This document shows, piece by piece, positions 11,962 to 24,306 of a DNA stretch of 31,954 nucleotides. The translations under genes and the position numbers were made by a program. Every line of letters begins with the position of its first letter. The first letter of the stretch is position 1. The stretch is from Bugula neritina (taxonomy: Eukaryota; Animalia; Bryozoa): the NCBI GenBank assembly GCA_964035545.1, contig CAXIUT010000223.1, positions 21,449 through 53,402 of the forward strand. Direction: 5' to 3'. The notes under the pieces were generated by a model. That model worked only from the letters and a program-made list of their open reading frames with translations. It was not told the origin of the DNA and did not search any database.

Positions 11962-13567
11962 TCATTCAAAATCATCTGTTTAGACTTGGTCTGATTCTCT
12001 CAACTGTTCTGTTGTTTACAATTATTTGTATTATTCTTCTCTGACGTCTTGTTGATGATAAAAGAAAGTTCTTATGATGACTTCTGCTTGTCTAGAAATA
12101 TCTTCATCATCGTGATTGATTAGATTTTAAATAACTTAGACTCCATTGAAAGAATAGATATTTTATGCAACAATATTAGGTTAAGTTTAATTTGTTTTAG
12201 TTTGTTCTGCTAAATTCAAGATACTCTCCAACAAATCTAATCCATTTAAAATATGATAGTTATCATCAGATTTCAATATGTTGATAAACCCTTCAAATTT
12301 ATTCTATACGGCAAAATATGGAATCATTGCTAAATCTTTGATGGACATGATATTTCTAAATATAAAACAAATTTCCATTCGAACCTTTTCCTAGTCATTA
12401 TCAAACATCTTTTCCAATTAATAAAATACCTTTTTATTTAAAATTATTTTCAAACATTGTTATATTGTACCTGCTGCTATATTTGATAATATATAACATG
12501 TTTTTTTACGAAAAGATTGCTTTTTACTTTTTAATCCTTGATATAAATATTCTAGAACATTGTTATCAAGTAAATAATCTATTAATTTATTAGAACCTTA
12601 AACTAAAGTTCCTATTAACTTCAAAGCAGGGGACATAAGTTGTTATTACTCCATCAGGACAGGCATTATTTTAAATATCAAGTCTATTTCTATAATAGGT
12701 TTGCTTTTCTAGATCGTAGCTGAACAGTTATGAGCCAATGACCAAAGACAGTCATGATATATTTAACCTCTAGGAATACAGCCATTACTCAGATAGGTAG
12801 AGATTATGGACAATGCTGATTAAATTTTTTTATATTCTGGTTGAGGTTTATCCCGGCAAAGAAGAGTTAATAGTTATAAGCCTGGAAGAAATATATATTA
12901 TCTACTTTTTATTATTTTTTAACATACTATATCGATTGCTCCTTCTTAGATAATTATGTCTCTAAAAGCAAGGCTACTACAGGTAAAGTTAACTAAGATG
13001 AAACAGCACAAATTGGCAATAAAAGAAGTATAATTTTTCAATTTCAAGAGTAAAACCTCCACTGCTCCTTTATTGACTAGATATCTGCTGAAATGATTAG
13101 GTCCAGCAGTCAAATGAGACAAACACCACAAAGCTTCCAAAATTAACTGTTAATTTTCAGTCTAATCTATGAGCTTCATAGCCCCATCTTCAATACGTTA
13201 TCCAACTTCTTGACTTAACGAATTTTGATCCTAATCAGTAAAGAAATTTTAACATTTAGCAATCAACTTGCGAATACAGACCACTCCTTACAACTGCTAC
13301 TATATTGCTTAAGACTCAATCTTTTTGATTAACATAGGAATATCCTCTAAAGAAAAATCAAGGCTTGATGCTCTAAATAGAAATATAAGTACTTAAGGAC
13401 TATATCTTGCATTGTCGGATCAACCATCATAAGGCAAGAAGCATTTGGTTATGCTATCTGAGATGACATCCTCTTCTTCTTAAAGATATTTTCACGTATA
13501 TTTCTGCGGATTTATACATTGACTTGGTTGCGTTCCAGTCTGTATTGTTCTCCTTCTTATTAGTAAT
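11962..13567 (-). CDS. Importin-alpha family protein (divergent), 5'-truncated at the internal telomere
   Basis: IBB-like QVNV*IRRNIRENIFKKKR. ARM repeats (LEALWCLSHLTAG, DCLWSLAHN, SPALKLIGTLV, NIAAGT). C-terminal NGV*VI*NLINHDDEDI. 20-nt intron at 13373-13392. No in-frame ATG upstream of the IBB before 13568. Confidence 0.9.
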
Positions 13568-13642
13568 CCCAACCCCAACCCCAACCCCAACCCCAACCCC
13601 AACCCCAACCCCAACCCCAACCCCAACCCCAACCCCAACCCC
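13568..13642 (+). repeat. Internal telomere tract (CCCCAA)n, the left end of the second chromosome
   Basis: 75 nt of perfect C4A2 beginning CCCAA, in the same orientation as the tract at position 1, followed by ATTAG. Confidence 0.97.
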
Positions 13643-13711
13643 ATTAGTTCTACAATTATATACAAATTCTATTTATCATAGTATTTAAGTATAAATAAAA
13701 GAATTGATATT

Positions 13712-14737
13712 ATGATTAACTAGATCAATAACCAACCTTCTTCTTCCCTATCTTAGCCATTTACTGAGTTAATATATATTTACCTTTCTTCTATCAGCTA
13801 TTAATGTATCAATTTTGACCTCAACATATTTGCTTACATCCACTCCATCTCTTTTCTTTTACTCTTCTTACCCAAATAATCCAACTAATTGACGTCTCAA
13901 CACTTCTAAGCCTCCTATACTTCCACTAGAAGGAACACCAATGGCTCCTAAACTATCTTGCCCTCGATAAATAAAAATAGCCTTCAGATGATCCTTATGA
14001 CTCACCACTTTTGGTCTTTCCTGGAAAAACAACTAATTAAGAAAACCTCTTAACTGACCTCCAACTGATGAATTTTTAGTAGAACAAAACACTAAACTAG
14101 CATTATTGATATGAGCCAAGTAGCGAAGAGCTCTACTCAACCACTTCCTATTCTCAGTATCATATTTCTAATAGAAATCGAATTTGCAACCAACAAGTAC
14201 TATATTAACAGCAGGTATATTAATATTTTTAGAATCCTAGTGACTTTTAACCTCATCTCTCTGTCTCATCAGCCACTAATTGTATTTCTATTTCAATATA
14301 AAATTACCTATTCTAGTCCAACTTTTTCTCTCAATGCATTTTAAACTTATTTTTTGACCTAACTTATCCAAAAACCAACTTCTTCAATGATTTTACCTGG
14401 TTTTGACAGATCAACACAAATAGCAACAGTAATACTTCCAAATGTATCCTTATTAATCAATGAAGAAATCATTTACATTTTAGTTTTAGATGCATACTCA
14501 CAACAATGAATCAGCTATTTACGATTAAAACCCTTACGAATAAAAGAATATTCCAAGAGATAAGTTGGCTTGCATTCAACATCACTTTCGTTACGCATTA
14601 CCTTCAAAAATGAACTCTTGCCTATATCATTCACTCAGTACCGACAGACTAGTTACCAAGTACAAACAATAAACGCTCGCTTGAGGATGATTGAGGCTAC
14701 TTCACTCGATCTCGCAAAGCCTACTCCCAAATATTGA
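13712..14737 (+). CDS. Hypothetical protein; structure uncertain
   Basis: ATG lies 70 bp inside the telomere. Long frames are open under TAR=E (e.g. TLLTQIIQLIDVSTLLSLLYFH*KEHQWLLNYLALDK), but an indel near 13860 and further introns or indels are needed. The end is uncertain. Confidence 0.35.
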
Positions 14738-14776
14738 TACCCTTTGGCTACATTTTAAATTATATAGATAAACATA

Positions 14777-15522
14777 TCATATTGCTATTCTATAAGTAGT
14801 GTAGGTTCCAGCTGTTTCACTCTTTCTGATTATTTTGACTACGTCTCCTCGTCTCAGACCTAAAAATTTGGCCACTGGGTCAGACATCATGATCTTTGGC
14901 AGTTGTCCTTCTTTCACTTTGCTATGTTAAAAGATAAATACTATTTCTAGAAGAGCTCTTCCTTCTGCACTTCAGTTAGAACTCTATGTTCAGGAACCAG
15001 GTCGTGTTTGAGAACGTTGAAAAACAGCTCATCTTGACGGAAGATCTCAAAGCGATAGGGGTGAGCTTCTAACTTGTCTTTCTTGCTGATTTCATTGAGA
15101 TAGTTTTGTGTTTTTTTGTCAATGGCGTAAGTGGTATTCTTGCCTTTCATCAAGGAAGGAGCAACCAAGAAGAATTTCCTGATTTTTGAGCAAGATTTGA
15201 TAATACGACTGATATACTCTGAAGTGATATCTTCGCAAGTGAAGTTGTAAAAGACAGCAATCGAAGGATCTATCTCTTCATCTTCATCGAACTCTAAAGG
15301 AGGAAATATTTCTCTTTTGTCAGTCAACTAGTGTCTGTGGTAGAGCTAGCTGAACTCTGCTTCAGTCATGTTTCTTGTTTCTTATCCGACCACGTATTGT
15401 CGATACTCCATGACTTCGATGATGGTTTTGTAGAGACGGAAACTTTTGTAGCACTAGCTTTCTCTGATAGACTCTAACTTGTGGTCTTCGTTCATGGCGA
15501 AATCTCGATTGCCTTCAAACAT
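14777..15522 (-). CDS. RPB5: RNA polymerase I/II/III shared subunit RPB5
   Basis: [16 protein letters not shown]...[25 protein letters not shown]...[39 protein letters not shown]. 20-nt intron at 14922-14941. An alternative start lies at 15495. Confidence 0.95.
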
Positions 15523-15680
15523 CAACTTTATATTATAGTCAATTCGAATAAAGAGTCAATTAATAAACCAATTACTACATATCTATATCTCACTCCTTTG
15601 TTTTATTTATTTTTTATTTATTTAAAAAAGATTACTGAAGCTTGCAGGTTAAAAAAAGGTTCTATAATTTTTTGATTAAT

Positions 15681-16877
15681 ATGTACCCAACTTATTCCTA
15701 ACCATTATCTCCTCTGATTTTTACCTACACTCATCGCGATCATTCAGATGATGATAGCAAATCTCTATCTACTTACTCTCTTTCCTCAACTGCTACTTAC
15801 CGAATTAATCAACTCAAACCCAAATCCAAAATAATTCTTAGCAAACCAAGCATCATTAGCAAGCAAAGCATTTCGACTATCGCCAAAAAGACATTAAATA
15901 ATTCACCTCAAAAACATAAATCAAATAAAAGTCAACTGTTATTGACTCTGTCTCCTTCTCGTAGGACTTCTAGTTTTATCAGTTAATCACAAGACTACAA
16001 CAGAAAAGTTCAATAAAAAGAAGAAAATCATCAAAAGTACAACATTCAACAAGAGTATCATAGTCTTAAGCCGTCCTTCAACTGGAATAGGTTTGCTTTT
16101 CTCTGTGGAGTAAGCGATAATAAACCTCAACTTGGTTTTCAAGGCTGTCTATGTCCATAGCCTTGTCACTATCAACTACAATGGACTAAATCTCAATCAA
16201 AAACAGATCACTCAATCTATCGTAAACTTTCAAGGTAAAAACCTCAAACAAACAACTTAGTTCAAATAGAGAAAGACATCAATAGAACCTTTCCATAGTG
16301 TCCTACTTTTGCTCCTGACTCACACTTTTCAGATATGTTGAAAGCTGTGCTAGTAGCTTACTCTGTCTATGACATGGAAGTAGGTTATGTTCAAGGACTC
16401 AACTTGATTGCAGGCATTTTGCTCTATCACATCAAAAGCTAAGAACAAACTTTCTGGGCTCTAGTATAACTGATGGAAGAACAATAGCTGAGAATGATTT
16501 ACCTGCTTGGCTTCTAGAAACTAGAAGTACATCGTCAAGCTATCATCAAATTAATACAAATAAAAATACCTGACCTTCATCTTTTTATGGAAGAACTAGA
16601 TGTTATGCCTGAATGTTTCATCAATGGCTGGTTATTCAGTCTAATGAGTAACTGTATCTCAATAGAATACATGGGTTCTGTTATAGCTTAGTTTAGAACC
16701 AAAGGATGGACTTTTCTCTACAAACTAATCGTCACTTATTTACTTTTCTTGAAAGAGAAACTATTTACCAGCAATGACCAAGCTGAATTTCTCCAAAACT
16801 TTAGCAGTCAAGCAGGAAGAGACCTTGGCATTCAATGGCATTAGGTGATTCAATGCAGTCAGAAACTAGCTCTTTGA
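15681..16877 (+). CDS. TBC-domain Rab GTPase-activating protein
   Basis: 1197-nt frame with the catalytic fingers QIEKDINRTFP and GYVQGLNLIAG, followed by S*EQTFWAL. Confidence 0.92.
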
Positions 16878-16932
16878 CTTTCTTTAATGATTTTGCATTA
16901 ATATTTATACTCAACTCATAATAATAAGTCGT

Positions 16933-17332
16933 ATGTTCACTAGAATCGCAACTCAAGCTTCCAAAAGTATGTTTTCTCTTCCTCGCTACAACTACATCCA
17001 ACCTCCAAAACACAGCTAGACTCATCACCATGTAGATCTCTAAGGATTCAGCCAGGACTAGTCGCGAAAAGAATCATCAAATGTGTCCATAACAGACTCA
17101 ACAAAATAGATCCCGATCGCTGGAATGTATAATCAATATAACTTAGGGAGTACCTATTTCTTTCAATACTCACTGGAGAGACGAAGGAGGTTTCCTCGAT
17201 ATTTCTACTTGCGTCCATGTGCATTAGGCTTTGTAACACTAATTCGGAATCGATATCAGAGATAGACACGTCCTCATAGCTGATGTTGAAACTGCCTTTT
17301 ATGTAGTCACACAACATCATGATTCATTATGA
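16933..17332 (+). CDS. Mitochondrial acyl-carrier-protein-like protein lacking the phosphopantetheine Ser
   Basis: Presequence-like MFTRIATQASKSMFSLPRY. 20-nt intron at 17127-17146. The ACP helix-II pattern LDISTCVHVH*AL*H*FGIDIRD matches LDSLDxVEIVMALEEEFGIEIPD. One indel is needed near 17040. Confidence 0.7.
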
Positions 17333-17473
17333 TAAACCAATATTTCTATTGAATCATTGCTTGAGATAGCTAGATAAATCTATCATAAATAAATCCTAAT
17401 ATCTATTTTGAAAAGATATTAACTGTTTTATCAACATTATGACGTAAATTAATAATTTAAATATATAAAAAAC

Positions 17474-18441
17474 ATGGATTTCCAAGCTAAAATGATTGTA
17501 ACCTTCGTCTGGTTCATCATCTTTTTCTAAACAACATCCTATCTTGTACTCCATACACCTCTACTCTACGATAATGTACTATATTATCAATTTAGCACCC
17601 TTTACTGTTTCTCTTGATAGTACCTGCCTTCCTTGTTGTCATTGTTCTATTGGTTATTAGTTACTATAAATCCATTTATACTGCTCCAGGTCACCCAAGC
17701 TATCACATCGTATCTATCTAGCTATTCTAGAATCTTCATTACAATGATGAACTTGAATAAATCAGACAAAAATCTAGAAATTAATCTGAACTAAAAAAAA
17801 TATGGAGAACTACTCGACGCAAAGGATAAGTTAATATGTCACTATTTTTTAATTAAGGCAAGAAATAAAATCATTGAATGATATCAGTTATTGCTTCAAA
17901 TGCGATCTTGTCAAATAATCAAGAACCCATCACTGTAGAATTTGTGCAAAATGTATCAACAGAATGGACCATCATTGTCCATGGGTTGGCAACTGTGTTG
18001 GAAAGTTTAATCATAAATATTTCATACTCTTCCTTTTTTATGCTACAGTATCTTTGATATCAAATAGACCGGACTTCTTACAGTAGCCATAAGTATCACT
18101 ATTGACTACCTTACAGGAGATTCTCTAGCTAGTCAACTTTCTAAAGGACAATACTATATCTATTATTTTGCTTGCATTACATCATATATGTTAGCAGCTT
18201 CTATTGGTTTCCTTTTTGTGACTCAGATGTATACATCTGTGCAAAATATCACTACTCTTTAATCATTCACTGAAGGAATCACAAGTCATGTACATATTTG
18301 TTTATTAAGAACATATTTGATACAGGTTCAATGTCTAATAATCTTCGATAAATTTTTGGTACGTAGAATAGTTGGTTTTTACCTATCGATCCTTTTCCAT
18401 CATAATGCCCATTAGAAAATGGAACCATTGATGTCTTATGA
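17474..18441 (+). CDS. DHHC palmitoyl acyltransferase
   Basis: [47 protein letters not shown], the TTxE motif NITTL* and the PaCCT-like NLR*IFG. Five 20-21-nt introns. Confidence 0.96.
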
Positions 18442-18494
18442 TTTACATTCCTTTATTATAAACAACTTATAAGAATTAAAAAGATATCAGTAAA

Positions 18495-19394
18495 TCAAAG
18501 TTTTAATCTTTCTTTCATATTTTGTATTTATCCCATGATATTTCCATCTAGCTTAATTGCTTTCTTTCCCTTTTATATTCCTTTCAGTCCTTCCTAGATG
18601 TTCAAAAACTTTTACAAAATATCTTGACGTCTTAAGTTTCTACGACTATCACTGTAAAGAGATTTTCCTTCTTGGTTTGCCTTAAAGGAAGGATTCGTTC
18701 TTAACCTTTCATCCATTTGCCAATGAGAGTCATTCAAGTTATTCCTTGGAACATAGTAGCTGTAGTTTTATCTACTTTCTCTGATATTATATCTAGTGTT
18801 ATTCATGTCTCTAGTATTATTCATGTTTTGAGAACTGTTCATATTTACCAAACCTCTCACTTCTCTTAGGTATCTGTTGTCTTTATCATATTAATTTCCT
18901 TCTCTAAATGAATATTAACCTCTTTGACTATTAGCTTTTTTGACTCTGTTCAATAATTGTTCCATATTAACTGACTTATTTCCTGTCTGAGACCCAACAA
19001 TTGGAGTTTTACTTCCTTCCCTATCGAATCTCAGAGGGTTGACTTGAATCTTTTTTATTGGACTAGTTTATGAAACTGTGAGGGTTGTGTTTAAGTTGGT
19101 TCTTCTGGTTGTTTAAGTTGTTTTTTTATTGATAATTTAAGCTTGTTTTTTGTCAATTTTTTTGTATTCTTATATTTTCAGAAAGGCTTTAAGTAAAGTG
19201 TTTTGTTTTCTAGTTTTAAAGAAATCGCTGATAATAGAAATTCCTTCACATTCGAGATCATAATGTCGAATACTAACATCTCCATCTTCAGATCGATCGA
19301 AAAGGAATAGCTTTTGAAAGAAAAGAGAAGCTGCTTTAACATGAAGACGATAGAGTAAGAGAGGAAGTTCTCTTTTACGATCAGACTATGCCAT
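18495..19394 (-). CDS. Hypothetical protein, about 299 aa, basic low-complexity
   Basis: ATG..TGA span of 900 nt with both ends in frame (MA*SDRKRELPLLLYRL...IQNMKERLKL). The middle was not fully traced. Confidence 0.6.
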
Positions 19395-19500
19395 GCTAAG
19401 AAGTAACTAATTTATTATTCTTACACTCAACAATAATTTAAATGTTTTTTCTAATCTTTAAACAGTTATTAATAAAGTTATTAAAATAATCAAGTATAAA

Positions 19501-20877
19501 TCACTTACAATCCCATCTCTTACTAACTCTTTAATCTTAAGTCACATCCCAGACAAAAAGTTCTCCTTTGCCATTGCCTGCAGCAATCACAGGTCCTTCT
19601 TCATCTTCCATCATCCCTAAACACATCAAAACTCCCTAAATATTAATAAATTTACACAACCAGGATTACGGCTTACAACTGGCTACCAGTTCTCTTCCAT
19701 TTGTCCCAAATCCCAAATCCTCACATTCTAATCTTCAGAACAAGTATAACATAAATTTTGATGACCTATTTTGACATCATTAGCTCGTCCTTTATGTATC
19801 TTTTTCTTCTGTAAGAGTTATTTGTTTTTTCTAACATCAAATAAACATAAATAACCATCATTTGTTGTATATGCTATCTATGATGCTCTATTCATATTCC
19901 AACAGGCGCTAAATAGTAAAAATAATACCTTTATACTTCTTGACCTTCAGGTACTACATGTACTATTTCATCAGCAGGAAATCTTGAGTCTAAAACAGAT
20001 ATTTTTCCATCATTTCCAGCAGTCAAAAGGACAGAAACATCATTAGAACTCCAATGAACCTTATTTACTCCAGCTTTATGGTGTTAACAAGTATGAACGC
20101 ATGCACCTTTAGATAGGTCCCATATTTTAACAGTACTATCCATAGAACCGGAAGCTAAAACAGATAAATTGCCATTATTCAAAGATAAAGAAGTTACTGC
20201 GTCAGTATGACTGCCAGGTTTGTATTGTTTCCCTTTATTAGTAAACTTTTTAGGTTTTTTTCTTTTTTCTTCAATTTATCCTCCCAAAATCATATCAGGT
20301 TGAATAGCTTCTGTAAGATCAAGATTCCATATTTATATTTAAGACAAAAAAGAAGATACGATAGCATAGTTGCCCTTTGTATAATTTCCACTATTAATTG
20401 ATCCCAGATCGACTTTCAACCATGCAATATCCAAAGGAAAAGCTGATAACATAATTTAATGATGTACAAATAAATTACTTTTATCCCTCTAATACACATA
20501 TACTTCTAAACTTGCAAATTATTTATCCTAAATAGATATTAGTTTTACTATTTTTCCTGCTACTATCAAGTTGTCATCCTACTTTATGTAATAGTCTTCT
20601 TGCTCATCGTCTGACAACTCGTCAACCATCATTGGATACTTGCTGCTGCTTTGTAACATCTCTCCGATATCATCTCCGAAGTGAGGGAGATCATCATCTT
20701 CTTCATCCATTCTACCTTATTTCAACCTAAATAATTTAGAAAATACCCTTCTGAAACCATGGGATCTCCTTTCATTTCTTCAATTTAGTTTTAACTCATC
20801 TTGACTTCTCTTGGAACTCGAGCAGCATACCCTTTTTCGATCCAAGCAACACAAGAAATATAGCTTTCGTTTTACAT
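19501..20877 (-). CDS. PWP1: Periodic tryptophan protein 1 (WD40, ribosome biogenesis)
   Basis: ISCVAWIEKGYAARVP at the N-terminus, IMLSAFPLDIAWL, S*I*IWNLD, HTDAVTSLS...LASGSMDSTVKIWD and GKGELFVWD. 20-nt intron at 20727-20746. Confidence 0.9.
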
Positions 20878-20987
20878 AGTTGTCCTTCTTATAATTATCA
20901 ACAATCAAAAACACTATTATATGCCTTACTATTAAAATAACTATATCAATACATTAAAATAACAGAATAAAGCATTTTAAAGCAGAA

Positions 20988-22446
20988 TCAGAATTTACCC
21001 TGAATAAACCCTTAGAACATCCTCATTGCGGCAGCTGGTTTCTCACAAGGAACCATATGTCCAGCTCCATTAATGACATAATAAACCAAATTATTTTAAT
21101 ATTTGGTTATCCATCCTTCGAGACTGCCTCTTGAGTTGGTCAAAACCTTCTTTTCTTCAGTAACTTTCCATCCAATTCTTCTAATATACTCCTAGGTCTA
21201 CAAATATGGACACACTGCATCCACATTTCCAGAATAAAACATCATCTTGATACCTGCCTCTTTGAAAGAATCAAAAAGAGGAACAGTTGTATTGCCATAA
21301 GTATATCTAGAACCAACATCGTCACTGCAAGGAGTCCAATGAGCACCTTCTACATGCAGTTGCTTTTGTAAATCTGGATCATTGAAGTACGCAATCATGC
21401 CAGTATCGTCAGTATCACAGTGAGGTTAATCATCATTTGCATATTTTCCTCCCTTGAAAAAAGGAGTGTATTTGTATCCTCTCATTGCTTTTTTCTTCTT
21501 AACTATTTCCTAAGAAGTCAATCTTCTTCCTTCAGCTACCTGCTTTTATCCCAGTTGATCATAGCAAATACCAATTGGATTATAGGCATTAAGTCTATCA
21601 GTAACCTAAATATCACAAATAGTACATCATCAGCCAGCTTCAAACCTATTTGGCAACTGGGATTATCATCATCAGTTTTATCCCATTTGCAATTCTTCAC
21701 CAATGTTTTGATTTCAGGACCAAGGAAGTAATGAGTATCATAGAACCAAGGTGTTACCTTTGATCTCCAATAAAGATCAAGATCCAATGCTCCATTTCCA
21801 ATAAGCATGCCTTTGAAGTCAAGTTTTTTACCATCTACAATAGAATCTTGGTTTTTGATGATGATATCAGCCAAAGTAGGCAGATACATGCCTCCATAAG
21901 ATTATCCTGAGATCCAGAAACGATGTGACCCGAATTCAGGGAATTTTTTAAAGAATGATTTTAGACTTGCTAAGTTATCTTCTGCTGTCCTTGAATCGTT
22001 ATAAGCAACGTATTTAGGGTCTTTATTTACAGAAAATCCAACTCCAGGTGGACTTTCAATAAACAAGATATTAGCGTGCTGGTTCCAAGAGTACATATTC
22101 TTGTTGGGAGTAAGTGAATCAGCGCCTTGTTTGATCACATGAGGTCCAAATTATTGAATAAAACCTGAATTAATGATGGAGTACCCAACATGCTAGAACA
22201 GCCTGGACCTCCATTAAGCCATAGAACAAGGTCATCAGTTTAAGGTTTATCTTTAGAAGTGATAAAAACGTAGTGATTGGCTACTAGAGGTTCATCTTGG
22301 ATGTTTAGATATCCGCTATACATCGAAAACTATGAGCTAAAGTTATAATAGCCTTTGAGTTAAGGAACTATATCATCTGCTGGAGCTGAATAAGTTAGTA
22401 CCAGCAGACAAGAAAGAAGGATAGCTTATGAGAGATGTTTCATCAT
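20988..22446 (-). CDS. Serine carboxypeptidase (S10 family), secreted or lysosomal
   Basis: Signal peptide, LWLNGGPGCSS, ANILFIESPPGVGFS, catalytic G*SYGG, YSGNVDAVCP and GAGHMVP. Contains short introns. Confidence 0.96.
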
Positions 22447-22542
22447 AATTATATCTTGATAGATTTATTATATCAACTTACAAAATAATCAAATATTACT
22501 AAAATATATTAATAATTAGATATTGAAAATAACAAATGAAGA

Positions 22543-24108
22543 TCAAAATTATTTGATGATTTGTTCATATTATCTATTTCTTGATTCTACTGCACAAAAC
22601 CATAAATACAGTCCAGATAATAGAGAATACACTCCAAAGAAAAGAAACATAGGCCAGGGAGTATGCGATGGTGTGACGATATCCATGAAAATAGGAGGAA
22701 GAATAGTGACTAATACCATAGCAGGCCAAGCAGTAAATGAAGTATAAGTTACTTTCTAATTTTTTAATATCTAAGCAGGATAAATAGATGATATCAATGA
22801 ATAAGTCACCCCAAAGACTATTATGAAAAGAATCATTGATAGAAATATAGTTACTTCACTTGTTATCAACATGCCCACCATTGCCATCACATCAAATACT
22901 GCGAATAGTACTGTTCCTATCACCATCAATAACTTTCTTGCTAGGCGTTAGAAAAATAGATGAGAGGCTAAAGTTGATATAAAAGCGATTGCACTTAGAA
23001 TAAAATTAGTATATGGACCAAGTCTGTCATCTTCTTGACCGATTATGTAACCAGAATACACTAGAATTGTAGTTATACCAACGAATTATCTAAAGATGTT
23101 GAGATAGACACCCATAAATCTGGCTCTAAAACGTCCAAATTGATAAGGCTATCGTTCTTAATGTAAGATGCCTGTAGCTTTTAGAGCTTTAACTTCTGAC
23201 TAGAGTTTATATCGATCGACCATCAGATCAACAAATTCTTGTTTATAGATAAAAGATAAAACCTTACGTCCTTCATCGTATTCCTGTCTATCAAAGAGAT
23301 AAGTGGGACTATTGGGTATAAAGATAATCATCAGCACTAGTTGAACTAAAGCCATCAATCCTGGAAAGCAAAACATGATCCTAAAATATTAATTAACATC
23401 ATTTCGATAGAATACTACTCCAAAGAAGTATCCCAGCATGACAGCTCCTACCACACTGCAACTGTAGACAGATCTGGCGAAATTTCTAAGACCTCCAGGA
23501 ACAATTTCTTGAATATATCGAGGCGACCATGAGCAGTAGCAAGCAATACACATTCCATATATAAATCTACCAGCAAGTATAGTATATCTATTAGTTATTT
23601 GCATCAGTGCAAAAGAAGTCACCATACAGACCAAGTTTATGACATGATGAGCTGTTCTATATAAATATATTGAATACTTGTTATTCAAACGGGAGATGAT
23701 AAAGCGACTAACAATGGTTCCTAAAAAGGCTCCAATTGGCATAAAAGAAACCAATAATGCTAAACTCAAGCCTACAGGACCAGAAAAACCATAAATCGAG
23801 TGAAGTTATTTTTGGTTATAGATAGTTGTTATTTCACATAGACCATATCCAAACTGCATACCAGATATTGACAAAATAGCAACGATGTTAAAGATAGGAA
23901 AGAGTTGTTTCCAAGTTTGTACAGTTGTTTTTTATAAAATTTTTATTCTCTGCTCCAATAACTTGCTCTTGCGGTTTAGCTCGTCTTACTGTGCAGATGG
24001 ATTGGAGCCATCTATGTTGAATTCTTCGGGTTGCTGACGGATTGGCATCTCTATTTGTCCTAGTACTTCTTTGAGGGTTTATTTATCAGATATCGGGTTT
24101 TCGTCCAT
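22543..24108 (-). CDS. MFS sugar-porter family transporter (divergent)
   Basis: Many TM segments. Motifs PIGAFLG, AGRFIYG...PRYIQEIVPGGLR, IPNSPTYL, NIFR*FVGI and RLARKLLMVIG. Confidence 0.88.
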
Positions 24109-24306
24109 GATATTATTTAGATAGATATCAAATAGTGATTTAATAATTATCAATCAAACTCAAGTCATTCGTATTTAATATACTTAATTAACAAAGATTC
24201 AATAGCTTGATGTTCTTAACATCAATTGAATAAGGTTTAGACACCCTTAAGTGTTTAATAGGGGGCCCTCATGTAAATGAGGACTAAATAATAGAAGCTT
24301 GAAGAA

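Noticed and set aside
24230-24285. SECIS element or HDV-like/hammerhead ribozyme
   Set aside because: The minus strand has AUGA-N12-AAA but lacks the 3' GA of the SECIS quartet. No P2 partner exists for an HDV fold, and there is no CUGANGA/GAAA core.
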